DNA of 38,553 nucleotides, taken from a virus (taxonomy: Duplodnaviria > Caudoviricetes). The notes under the pieces are model-generated. The model was not told where the DNA came from, did not search any database, and worked only from the letters and a program-made list of their open reading frames with translations. This document shows positions 1 through 8,888 of the stretch, piece after piece. Where the stretch lies: IMG/VR virus record IMGVR_UViG_3300031949_000100, positions 1 through 38,553 of that record. One strand, written 5' to 3'. How positions within the stretch are numbered: the first letter of the stretch is position 1; each line of letters begins with the position of its first letter. The position numbers and the translations under genes are program-made.

Positions 1-126
1 TTTTTTTTGGTGTTATTACCGGTATTGTAATGTGCATTTTTATTATTATTGCGAAAAGGCAGACAGGCAATCCTCAGTTAATGTCTGAACTTGAGGTCGG
101 CGGCGGAGTCGGCGAGGTCGGCGGCG
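1..126. repeat. Terminal direct repeat, left copy (circular closure or assembly overlap)
   Basis: 1-126 is identical to 38420-38545. The last 8 nt of the window diverge. Implies a unit genome of about 38419 bp. Confidence 0.95.
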
Positions 127-263
127 TAGATATGTCAGTGAGAGGCAATGCGGTCAGATTTGCTATTCTAAATCCTAGGAGCCAAGTAGAACAAGATAGA
201 GATAATTTGGTAAAAGAAAATGAGCGTCGGGGTAAGGACACGCCATTAGAAGATATTTTGTGA
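30..263 (+). CDS. Hypothetical membrane-anchored protein, true start probably ATG 38413 across the circular junction
   Basis: In frame with MTFFFGVITGIV from 38413, giving a hydrophobic N-terminus. GTGA overlap with groES. Confidence 0.6.
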   Translation: MCIFIIIAKRQTGNPQLMSELEVGGGVGEVGGVDMSVRGNAVRFAILNPRSQVEQDRDNLVKENERRGKDTPLEDIL

Positions 264-508
264 AAGTTTTAAATAATAAAATTCTTATTACCATTCAAAA
301 CGCCGGCAAGACAAAGTCCGGTATAATTTTGACTTCTACGGATAAGATAATCGCGGAAGTTGGGACAGTGAAAGAGATCGCAAAAGAAGTAAAGAAAGTA
401 AAAAAAGGCGATAAAGTTTTATTTAAATCTTATTCGTTAGACATTGTAGAAGTGGATGATGCGAAGTATGTATTTCTGGATGAGAAAGATGTAATTGCTA
501 TTTTTTAA
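260..508 (+). CDS. groES: Co-chaperonin GroES (Cpn10)
   Basis: MKVLNNKILI start, mobile loop KTKSGIILT, then VKKGDKVLF and YVFLDEKDVIAI, all matching the Cpn10 pattern. Confidence 0.92.
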   Translation: MKVLNNKILITIQNAGKTKSGIILTSTDKIIAEVGTVKEIAKEVKKVKKGDKVLFKSYSLDIVEVDDAKYVFLDEKDVIAIF

Positions 509-549
509 AAATATTATGGATAAATTTAGTGAGAAAGAATTAATGAACT

Positions 550-759
550 ATGAGCGAACATCTGCACAAGTGTATAACCTTAACTGATAGTTTTGAAGCT
601 TTAATTGACTTGTGTGTTGAATGCAAAACGAAATTAGTTTATAGAAAGTGTCGTCATAGCGGAAGGATAAACAATGAGCGATACAGAGATGACCATAGGC
701 GTGATTTCTTGCAGAGGTACGATAAGTTGTATAAAAAATACTATAGTGGCAACAATTAA
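550..759 (+). CDS. Hypothetical Cys/His-rich small protein
   Basis: HxHxC and CxxC motifs. Same strand and tightly packed within the operon. Confidence 0.6.
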   Translation: MSEHLHKCITLTDSFEALIDLCVECKTKLVYRKCRHSGRINNERYRDDHRRDFLQRYDKLYKKYYSGNN

Positions 760-1216
760 ACAAAAAGCGACAGCAAAAGAAATGGTAAAAGTAATAGAGG
801 GAAAGCAAAATAAAACTGCTGGAGAAATATTGGAAAATGTAGGATATAGCGAGGGGATATGCGAAAATCCAAAAGTTGTTTTAGAGAGCAAAGGATACCA
901 AGAAGTTTTAAATGAATATCTTCCAGATGATTTATTAGCCGAAAAACATAAAGAATTATTAACTGTTCCTAAAATTATAAAAACTACTAAGCGAGGAGAA
1001 CTCATTGATAGCGAAGAAAGTTTAGACGTTCAGGCTATAAGCAAAGGATTAGATATGGCTTACAAGGTTAAAGGAAGTTATGCTCCAGAGAAAAAACAAT
1101 CAGTCAATCTATATCTCAACACTAAAATTAAGAACCTAAAAGAGAGTAAAGACTTAGTTGATGAATACGAAGCAAAACTGAAGAATATGCTAAAAGAGCC
1201 GAAAACGACGCAATAA
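746..1216 (+). CDS. Putative terminase small subunit
   Basis: HTH-like AGEILENVGYSE and position directly upstream of the large terminase. Start inferred at GTG 746 (ORF track starts at 674). Confidence 0.65.
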   Translation: MATIKQKATAKEMVKVIEGKQNKTAGEILENVGYSEGICENPKVVLESKGYQEVLNEYLPDDLLAEKHKELLTVPKIIKTTKRGELIDSEESLDVQAISKGLDMAYKVKGSYAPEKKQSVNLYLNTKIKNLKESKDLVDEYEAKLKNMLKEPKTTQ

Positions 1217-1261
1217 AATGCGATTTAAGGCCGATATAAAAACTAAAAGGACATAGTGTGT

Positions 1262-2890
1262 ATGCTAGAAGAGCTATCAATTCTCGCTTTTGTTTCCAAA
1301 TACGAAATTAAAAACGAACAAGGAACGCCGATAGACTTTTACAATCACTATTTTTTGTTTGACATTTATAAAGATTTTTCAAAAAAGTTATGCGTAATGA
1401 AAGCCGCGCAGATCGGAATGACAACTTGCGAAATTCTGAAATCATTATGGGCGGTTAAAAATAAAGGAATAGATTCAGTATATATTCTTCCGACTGATTC
1501 TGATGTGAACACAATGGTCGGCTCAAAGGTCAACCGTATCATCGCCCAAAATCCCATTCTAATGGAATGGACAAAAGACAAAGACAGCGTTGAACAAAAA
1601 CAGATAGGTACTAACTATATTCATTACCGAGGAAGTTGGACGCAAAAAGCGGCAATCATGGTAACGAGCGACTGGAATATTTATGACGAAGTGGATGCCT
1701 GCAAGCAAGATGTGATAGAGCAATACTCAACTCGTTTACAGCATTCAGCGCTAAAGTGGGAACATTATTTCAGCCATCCGAGTTCAGTCGGGACCGGAAT
1801 TGATAAATATTGGCAAAAATCAGATCAAAAGCATTGGTTCATCACTTGCCAAGGTTGCAAAGAAGAGCAATTTATGGAATGGCCGAAGAGTTTTGATATA
1901 GACAGGGGAATTTATTTGTGTAAATATTGTGGCAAAGAACTGACTAACGAAGAACGAAGAGTAGGTAGATGGGTCGCAAAATACAAAGATAGAGAGTTTT
2001 CAGGATATTGGATACCTCTATTCATAGCTCCATGGGTATCAGCAAAGGAAATAATCGCCTATAACAAAGATAAATCAGAAGAATACTTCTATAACAAGGT
2101 TTTGGGGCTTCCGTATGTGGGCGGTGGTAACAAACTCACCAAGGCTCATTTAATGCAGAACTTAACAGGGGAGCTTATAATCACACCAGAAGACAACGAA
2201 AGGATAGTAATAGGAGTCGATACTGGAAATAATGTGCATTATGTGGTTGGTTGTGAGCAAGGTATATTCTATTACTCATATTTTTCCAAAGGGGAATTGA
2301 ATTCAAGTATAGCCAAATATGACGAACTGGAACAATTAATGAAGCGGTGGCCGAGAGCTGTGATGGTTATTGATCAAGGAGGAGACATAAAAGGTTCGCG
2401 CGAATTGCGCGCCAAGTATCCGGGTAGAGTGTTCCTCTGCTCATTCGGTTCAGATAGGAAGACTAAGGAGCTTGTCAGGTGGGGAAAAAATGACGAGGAT
2501 GGGGCTGTTATCGCTGATAGGAACAGAAATATTCAGTTAGTTGTTGATGAATTTATAGATGGCAAAATTTCGTTACAAGGAAAAGAAGACGATTGGTATG
2601 ATTATTGGATTCACTGGAACGCTCTCACTAGGATAAAAGAATTTGACCAAAAGACAATGGAAATTAAACGGAAGCTTTGGGTCAGAAATGGGGACGATCA
2701 CTGGGCTATGGCTACAATTTATTGGCGAGTAGGAATGAGTCGCTTCGGTTCAATGGACAATAAAATTATCGGAGGAAATGAAACTAATATCAAGGAAGCA
2801 CCTGTTGTGTATGCCAACCAAACTATTGACGCAAAATTTGCTCTCGGACAGTATAAGTATAAAAAAAAGTATGATTGGCGAAAATTATGA
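1262..2890 (+). CDS. Terminase large subunit, lambda GpA-like
   Basis: GpA-type Walker A KAAQIGMT, Walker B IYDEVD, CQGC/CKYC zinc motifs, nuclease IGVDTG and GDDHW. Confidence 0.9.
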   Translation: MLEELSILAFVSKYEIKNEQGTPIDFYNHYFLFDIYKDFSKKLCVMKAAQIGMTTCEILKSLWAVKNKGIDSVYILPTDSDVNTMVGSKVNRIIAQNPILMEWTKDKDSVEQKQIGTNYIHYRGSWTQKAAIMVTSDWNIYDEVDACKQDVIEQYSTRLQHSALKWEHYFSHPSSVGTGIDKYWQKSDQKHWFITCQGCKEEQFMEWPKSFDIDRGIYLCKYCGKELTNEERRVGRWVAKYKDREFSGYWIPLFIAPWVSAKEIIAYNKDKSEEYFYNKVLGLPYVGGGNKLTKAHLMQNLTGELIITPEDNERIVIGVDTGNNVHYVVGCEQGIFYYSYFSKGELNSSIAKYDELEQLMKRWPRAVMVIDQGGDIKGSRELRAKYPGRVFLCSFGSDRKTKELVRWGKNDEDGAVIADRNRNIQLVVDEFIDGKISLQGKEDDWYDYWIHWNALTRIKEFDQKTMEIKRKLWVRNGDDHWAMATIYWRVGMSRFGSMDNKIIGGNETNIKEAPVVYANQTIDAKFALGQYKYKKKYDWRKL

Positions 2891-3072
2891 TAGACACAAA
2901 TAATGAAAACAAAAAACTAGCGAGAATACAAAGGGACTTATTGCTTCCGGCTCAAACTAATGAGGACAATGTTGATGTCGTCATTAAGATTCGTAACGGG
3001 GTCATAGTATGGGCTGAAACAATGTCAGTCATCAAGGTTAGAGTTGATTTTAAAGAAATTTTTAACATTTAA
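2887..3072 (+). CDS. Hypothetical small protein, weak DUF2292/YezD-like resemblance
   Basis: ATGA overlap with the terminase stop. VVIKIRNGVIVWAE beta-hairpin pattern. Confidence 0.55.
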   Translation: MIDTNNENKKLARIQRDLLLPAQTNEDNVDVVIKIRNGVIVWAETMSVIKVRVDFKEIFNI

Positions 3073-3075
3073 TTC

Positions 3076-4590
3076 ATGAAACAAATCACACTAGAAGACA
3101 CAAAACAAAAACTTAAAAATGGAGTGGATAAGTTGGCAGATATAGTTCGCGTAACTCTCGGAGGCAAGGGCAAGAATGTAATCATCAGAGATGCCGCCTT
3201 CAGTCAGGTCAGTGTCATCAACGACGGGATGAATATTTCTAAAAAGGTTGAATTAGAAGATGTAATCGAAAACACAGGGGCTATGCTGGTTAAATTAGCG
3301 GCTTATAAGACCGATGAAGAGGTGGGAGACGGCACCACAACTACAATTGTATTACTTCAATCCTATCTTAATGAAATGATGAGAATCGAAACCAATAATC
3401 AGAGAGGGTTAAGAGACGCAATCAAAGTTAAGATTGACGAAATCATAGCCAAGATTGATAAGGAAAAGAGACAAATATCAGGTAATGACCTATACAAGGT
3501 AGCTAAAAACGCATCCCTTGACGATGAAATAGCCGAAGCAGTTGTCGGCGTAGTCAAAAAGATAGGCAAGAATGGGGTATATGACATTGAAGAATCGTCA
3601 GTTAAAGGTATTCAAGTGGAGGTAGTGGACGGAATAAGAGTTAGTGTGGGATATATAACCCCTTATTTTATCAACAATAACGAAAACGGCAAGGCGGAAT
3701 TTAGAAATGTGCCTGTTCTATTGGTTGATCAAAGAATTGAAACTATCCACGAATTAGTAAAACTAATAGACGAGATGTTAAAAAAAGGAAGAAAAGCAAT
3801 GGTTTTATTCTGCAAGCAAATATCTGATGAAGTTGTTGGTTTTCTAGTGGCGAATAAAATGCAAGGAATTTTTCAAACTTGTGTAGTAAAAACTATTGAG
3901 ATGAATGAACTGGAACTTATAACAGGTGCTAAGGTTATTGCGGATAATAGTGCCAATGGATATACTATGGATTCGTTGGGTATTGCCAAAAGCGTAAGTA
4001 TTGGAAAGAAAGAATCAATCGTATCAGCAGGAAAGAATAAAAAAGAAATCAACGAAAAACTCGCGGCGCTTAAAAGCCAAATGGAAGTCGCTGACGAGAA
4101 TGAGAAATTGAAATTAAAACAACTTATATCTAAACTTGAGAACGGAATAGCTACCTTGAGGATAGGCGGAGAAAATGTGCAAGAAACAAAAGAGAAGAAA
4201 TATAAACTGGAAGACGCTATGAATGCCGTAATGGCTGCCATTGATGATGGAGTGGTTGAAGGCGGAGGAATGACGCTATACCGTATCTCCGAAAGTATGA
4301 ATAAATATGGCGAAGCCAGCCGACTGGTAAAAGAAGTCTTAAAATCCCCTCTAAAACAAATACTATTGAATGGGGAAGAAGATTTTGGTGAGGTAATTAA
4401 GGGATATTCTGAAGATAAGGGGTATAATGTAATTACCAGGAAGTGGGAAGATTTATTTGAATCAGGAGTTATTGACCCAGCCAAAGTTGTGAAGTGTTCA
4501 TTGTTTAACGCGTTCAGTATGGGCAACCAAATATTAACTGTTGAAGCTGGAATTTTTGAAGAAAATCCGGAAGAAAAAAAACACATTTGA
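3076..4590 (+). CDS. groEL: Chaperonin GroEL (Cpn60), divergent
   Basis: VTLGGKGKNV, INDG, GDGTTT, LEDAMNA, GVVEGGG and GVIDPAKV motifs. No GGM tail. Confidence 0.95.
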   Translation: MKQITLEDTKQKLKNGVDKLADIVRVTLGGKGKNVIIRDAAFSQVSVINDGMNISKKVELEDVIENTGAMLVKLAAYKTDEEVGDGTTTTIVLLQSYLNEMMRIETNNQRGLRDAIKVKIDEIIAKIDKEKRQISGNDLYKVAKNASLDDEIAEAVVGVVKKIGKNGVYDIEESSVKGIQVEVVDGIRVSVGYITPYFINNNENGKAEFRNVPVLLVDQRIETIHELVKLIDEMLKKGRKAMVLFCKQISDEVVGFLVANKMQGIFQTCVVKTIEMNELELITGAKVIADNSANGYTMDSLGIAKSVSIGKKESIVSAGKNKKEINEKLAALKSQMEVADENEKLKLKQLISKLENGIATLRIGGENVQETKEKKYKLEDAMNAVMAAIDDGVVEGGGMTLYRISESMNKYGEASRLVKEVLKSPLKQILLNGEEDFGEVIKGYSEDKGYNVITRKWEDLFESGVIDPAKVVKCSLFNAFSMGNQILTVEAGIFEENPEEKKHI

Positions 4591-4615
4591 CAATATATTA
4601 AATGTATGCTAGGCT
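4587..4615 (+). promoter_or_regulatory. Sigma70-type promoter upstream of the portal/structural operon
   Basis: TTGACA-17nt-TAGGCT with extended TGn. Confidence 0.7.
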
Positions 4616-4648
4616 GTAATTAAATAGTGCTGACCGTAAAATCGTGAG

Positions 4649-4678
4649 GCGAAAAACATTCAAGTTTTTCGTTTTTTT
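4649..4678 (+). terminator. Intrinsic terminator shortly after the promoter
   Basis: GCGAAAAAC/GTTTTTCGT stem, 6-nt loop, followed by a T run. Confidence 0.7.
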
Positions 4679-4797
4679 GCGTCTAAGGGAGTAATATAAA
4701 AACCTGGATTATTCGTAATCAGGAAAATGGAGGAAAATACTCGCAAATAAAGTCCCTAGTGGCAAAATATTTGTATTCCTCCCTTAGAAAACAAATT

Positions 4798-6663
4798 ATG
4801 AAAGTTATTGACGGTTTTCGCTCTCTGTTCACAGGTGGCAACAGGCACAAGTCCATTGAATCAGAGGTTCAAGAGGGTACTTTTGAATTGTTGGAGGAAC
4901 TAAAGCTGGAAATGGAAGACAAGGAGCTTATCGCCTTGAAAAACTCTTGGACTGAAAAATGGGAAAAGTATTATGGAGCTGTAAAAAAGCAACAAGAAGA
5001 AAATGAAAACTACTGGCTGGGAAAACAATTCAAGAGTGCGTCAGTTGAAGATAGGGCTATTGTGGACAATGTCATTTTTGAAGCGGTTGAAACATTCTTG
5101 CCAATCGCTACCAATAGAAATCCAGAGCCGAATGTGCGAGGAGATAATACTAAAGAGGGCGATGAGTTGGCAAAAAAGATTCAATCAATGCTGGTTTATC
5201 AGGCAGATGTTCAGAGAATAAAATTAAAGTTAAAAAAAGTTTGTAGGTTTTGGTCATTGTATTTATTGGGTGTGGTTAAAATAAGCTGGTCAGTCAATGA
5301 AAATGACATATCTACTAAGGCACTGCGACCGCAAAGGCTTATTCTTGACCCCGACGGAATGATTACCGAAGATATGCAGTATGATGGCGAGTATATCGGC
5401 GAATATAAAAGCGAAGTAGCGTCTGATATTATTAAAAGATTCCCGAAAAGCGCTGAATATATAAATAAAGTTGTCGGTAAAAAACTAGGTTCAAAGGTAA
5501 ATTACATAGAATGGTGGACTGAAGAATATACTTTTTGGACTTTATTTGATGTAGTTTTAGGAAAGATTAAAAATCCTCACTGGAATTACCCCGAAGAACA
5601 GAAGATTATAAACGAATACGGAGACGAGACAGGCGAGATTAAAATGATACCTGGAAAAAACCATTTCAATTATCCGAAGTTTCCTTATGTGTTCCTTTCA
5701 ATATTTAATTTAGGAAAGCATCCTTTTGACGACACTTCCTTAGTAGGACAGAATCTCGCCAATCAGGACATCATCAACAAACGACAAGCTCAAATAGACA
5801 AAAATGTGGACGGAATGAATGGGGGCTGGATTATATCCGGCGAGATGTCAGGGCTCACGCAAGAACAGGCTACGACAGCTATGGAGGCTTGCAGGCAAGG
5901 AGGTTCATTATGGATAGCTCAAGGCAATCCAAGCACGGCAGTAGCCGAAACAAAAGCGACAGGACTGCCTAGTGATGTGTTTAATCATCTCGTGGATACG
6001 CGTGAAGAGCTTAGAAACATCTTCGGAGTAAGAGGTTCAAGCCCACAAGGGACAATGAATGAGCAGACACTGGGCGGGAAACAGATTATCAAAGCTCAAG
6101 ATTCATCTCGTATCGGCGGTGGAATATCTGAATATCTGGAACAATTCTGCGACCAAGTCTTTAATTGGTGGGTTCAAATGATGTATGTATATTACGATGA
6201 AGCTCATATGGCTTCCATAGTCGGAAAAGACAGGGCTATGGAATTTGTTTACATATCAACCGCAGACCTCAACAGTAAACTAGTCGTGAGCGTAAAAGAA
6301 GGTTCATTGCTTCCAAAAGACGAATTCAGTGAGGCTAACACGGCTTTAACATTAGGACAGCAGAACTTGTTGGACCCAATTAGCCTTTTCGACAAACTCG
6401 GTTTCTCGGACCCACAAGGTTCAGCAGAAAGATTGTATATTTGGCAGACAGCTCCGCAACTTTTATTTCCTGAGGCGGCTAAGGCATCGTTATTAGCCAA
6501 TCAAGCGAAGATAGTAGAAGAATCCGCAACGGAGATGACCATAAACGAGGAGGCGATGGCGGGCAGTCAAGCTATAACCACACCAGACCCAGTAGAAGAA
6601 AAGGCAAAAGGCGAAATTGAACATAAAAGAGCTTTAGAGTTAAAATCTAAATCTAAAAAATAA
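4798..6663 (+). CDS. Portal protein (P22-like)
   Basis: About 620 aa between terminase and scaffold, with DNVIFEAVETFLP and coiled-coil NQDIINKRQAQI. Start inferred at ATG 4798. Confidence 0.85.
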   Translation: MKVIDGFRSLFTGGNRHKSIESEVQEGTFELLEELKLEMEDKELIALKNSWTEKWEKYYGAVKKQQEENENYWLGKQFKSASVEDRAIVDNVIFEAVETFLPIATNRNPEPNVRGDNTKEGDELAKKIQSMLVYQADVQRIKLKLKKVCRFWSLYLLGVVKISWSVNENDISTKALRPQRLILDPDGMITEDMQYDGEYIGEYKSEVASDIIKRFPKSAEYINKVVGKKLGSKVNYIEWWTEEYTFWTLFDVVLGKIKNPHWNYPEEQKIINEYGDETGEIKMIPGKNHFNYPKFPYVFLSIFNLGKHPFDDTSLVGQNLANQDIINKRQAQIDKNVDGMNGGWIISGEMSGLTQEQATTAMEACRQGGSLWIAQGNPSTAVAETKATGLPSDVFNHLVDTREELRNIFGVRGSSPQGTMNEQTLGGKQIIKAQDSSRIGGGISEYLEQFCDQVFNWWVQMMYVYYDEAHMASIVGKDRAMEFVYISTADLNSKLVVSVKEGSLLPKDEFSEANTALTLGQQNLLDPISLFDKLGFSDPQGSAERLYIWQTAPQLLFPEAAKASLLANQAKIVEESATEMTINEEAMAGSQAITTPDPVEEKAKGEIEHKRALELKSKSKK

Positions 6664-6664
6664 T

Positions 6665-6865
6665 ATGCGAGGAAAATTATCAAAAAGAGAATACACCGCC
6701 AAAATGTCAGGCAAGCCAATGCCGTATGAGAATAAAAGAAAAATGCAAATGGAAGCATTGAAAAAGAAAGTCCCAGTATATAAATCAGGTTTTGACAGTA
6801 AGGGCAACAGAATAGATTTTTCAAATCCCAAAACAAAACGAGGGATAATAAGTAGCATTGACTGA
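6665..6865 (+). CDS. Hypothetical basic protein
   Basis: ORF abutting the portal stop. Confidence 0.6.
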   Translation: MRGKLSKREYTAKMSGKPMPYENKRKMQMEALKKKVPVYKSGFDSKGNRIDFSNPKTKRGIISSID

Positions 6866-6873
6866 AATTTTAA

Positions 6874-6938
6874 ATAGGTGCTAATCAAGCGGAACTCACC
6901 AACCGCATAAATATTGGGTGCAAAGAGAATTCACCCAA
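6874..6938 (+). promoter_or_regulatory. Structured leader motif, copy A (pseudoknot plus hairpin)
   Basis: GGTG/CACC and GCGG/CCGC interleaved, then a TTGGGTG/CACCCAA hairpin. Paralogous to 10738-10794. Confidence 0.55.
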
Positions 6939-6947
6939 CTCACACAA

Positions 6948-7700
6948 ATGGACATAAAAGACGAACTGGCGGAAATTCCTTCCGATGGAATCAAATTAGA
7001 AGACATCAAAAAGGAAGAGGAGAAAGCTCCCGCGGAATCGCCAACCGAAAACAAATCAGAGGAGGAAACCGAAGAGGAAAAAACTGCTCGTGAAGTTAAA
7101 GAGCAGGAAGAAGAGGATAAAATTCCTTTTCACAAACATCCTCGGTTTAAGGCTCTTGTAGAGGAGAAAAACCAATACAAAGAAGACCTTGAAAAAATGC
7201 GGGAAGATATGGAGTCTAAATTCAGCGAAATAAAGGAATCGCAATCCAAGACAACAGAAATCCCTAGTTGGTTTACGGAACTGTTGTATGGAGACAACGA
7301 AGTCGCTTGGGGAAAATACCAAGAACACGACAAGGAAACTCGCGCTGAAATAAAGCGTGAATTGCGAGAAGAATTTGAGAGCGAGAAAAAAGAGCAAGAA
7401 AACTCTGCCACAAAATGGAACACTTGGATTGATAATCAAGTTGACTCGCTGAAAGATGAAGGTTTGAAGTTTGATAAAAACGAACTGATGAAAGTAATGA
7501 TGGACTATAAGCCTTCAGATGACGCGGGAAACCTAGATTTCAAGAAAGGTTACCAAATTATGGAAGTTCTCAAAAAGAAAGACCCTGAAAAGTTCAAAGC
7601 TCGCAAGGAAATTGTCGATGACAGCGGAAAATCCAAAGCAGAACCGCAAAACAAAGCATACTTCACCCCAGAAGATATGCGCGGAAAAGGTTGGGGCTAA
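6948..7700 (+). CDS. Capsid scaffolding protein
   Basis: Acidic coiled-coil protein (PFHKHPRFK) directly before the major capsid gene. Start inferred at ATG 6948. Confidence 0.75.
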   Translation: MDIKDELAEIPSDGIKLEDIKKEEEKAPAESPTENKSEEETEEEKTAREVKEQEEEDKIPFHKHPRFKALVEEKNQYKEDLEKMREDMESKFSEIKESQSKTTEIPSWFTELLYGDNEVAWGKYQEHDKETRAEIKRELREEFESEKKEQENSATKWNTWIDNQVDSLKDEGLKFDKNELMKVMMDYKPSDDAGNLDFKKGYQIMEVLKKKDPEKFKARKEIVDDSGKSKAEPQNKAYFTPEDMRGKGWG

Positions 7701-7720
7701 TTAATTAATAATTTATTACG

Positions 7721-8752
7721 ATGGCTAATACAAATCGAGTCGTAACGACTAGCCAAGATGTGCTCTTACCAAAAGTTTTAGATACGATTTTAAGAGAAAA
7801 TGTATTGTATCAACGCTTGATGGGAGCAGTAAAAACTTGGAAAGGCGAGACGATGAAGAAATCTATTAAGGTTTCTAAAAACACAACCGGCGGACATTTC
7901 AAAGGGTATGACCTTTTGGATACTTCCGCTAGCGACAATAGAATTCAACTGAGCTTTATTCCTGAATTCTATTACAAAACTGTTTCTGTTCCGGTAACTG
8001 ACCTTTCAATCAATGCAGCAAGCGAAGGAAAAATCATTGACTTGATGAGCGCAGAAATGGAATCAACCGCGCACGATATGGCTGATGACCTTGGAACGAA
8101 ACTTTACGCAGATGATGGCACAACCGCGCCAACAGGTTCAGGTTCATTGTTTAACGGACTTGCTAACATTGTTGATGACGGAGGTGTCGCCGCTACTTAT
8201 GGTGGACAGACTCGCGCAACATACACAACTCTTAACGCGACTGATACAGCTTCCGGCGGAACTTTGACCCTAGCTAAGATGGCTACATTATTCAACGCTA
8301 TCGCTGACGGCGCGCAGGGTCCTTCAATTGGAGTATGCGACCGAACAGTTTGGTCTCTGTATGAACAACTTTTGCAACCACAAGAAAGAATCAATAAAAA
8401 TGTTCAGGCTTATAAGGACGGATTAAAAGGCGGAACAGGATTCACTGGTCTTTCTTACAAGAACTTCGATATCGTTGCTGACAGAAAAGCTACATCAGGT
8501 GTTCTTTTCTTCCTTGATGAAACATATATCGACTTCTATGCGTTGCCTGTTTATGGAGAAGAATCTTTCAAATTCAAATCTGTTACTGAAGGAAATGACT
8601 ATGGTCAACTTCAAGGTATGGGATTCACTTGGGATGGTTGGAAGAAACCAGTTAATCAAAAAGCTTATGTAACTCAAATTACATTAGGTGGAAACTTTGT
8701 TTCTTGGGACCCAGGTAAGATGGGCAAATTGACAGGAATTACAGGGGTATAG
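7721..8752 (+). CDS. Major capsid protein (HK97 fold)
   Basis: 343 aa after the scaffold, with FNGLANIVD and GFTGLSYKNFDIVADR patterns. Confidence 0.88.
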   Translation: MANTNRVVTTSQDVLLPKVLDTILRENVLYQRLMGAVKTWKGETMKKSIKVSKNTTGGHFKGYDLLDTSASDNRIQLSFIPEFYYKTVSVPVTDLSINAASEGKIIDLMSAEMESTAHDMADDLGTKLYADDGTTAPTGSGSLFNGLANIVDDGGVAATYGGQTRATYTTLNATDTASGGTLTLAKMATLFNAIADGAQGPSIGVCDRTVWSLYEQLLQPQERINKNVQAYKDGLKGGTGFTGLSYKNFDIVADRKATSGVLFFLDETYIDFYALPVYGEESFKFKSVTEGNDYGQLQGMGFTWDGWKKPVNQKAYVTQITLGGNFVSWDPGKMGKLTGITGV

Positions 8753-8888
8753 AAATATATGCAAAGTATATCCAAAGGAGAAAAAACCAAAGAAATTAGA
8801 TCAAAAAAGTTTTGGTCAACAAAAATTTAATCAATAAGAAACTCTTGACCTCGGGTTTTTAAAACTACGGGAGAGAGCAAACAAAAAT

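Noticed and set aside
1-126. Biological terminal repeat marking the packaged genome ends
   Set aside because: The overlap falls mid-gene at a repeat-containing position and its length is typical of assembler overlap. True ends cannot be inferred.
3873-4586. Long antisense ORFs here and at 11111-11656, 22200-22721 and 33474-33899
   Set aside because: They are shadows of well-supported plus-strand genes, with Ser/Phe/Leu-biased composition and no motifs.
6874-6938. Fluoride riboswitch, twister or pistol identity for the repeated leader
   Set aside because: Only short words match. The fluoride GAUG..G and CURAUGAC elements, the twister GC/GC pseudoknot and GAG, and the pistol P1/P2 pairings are missing.
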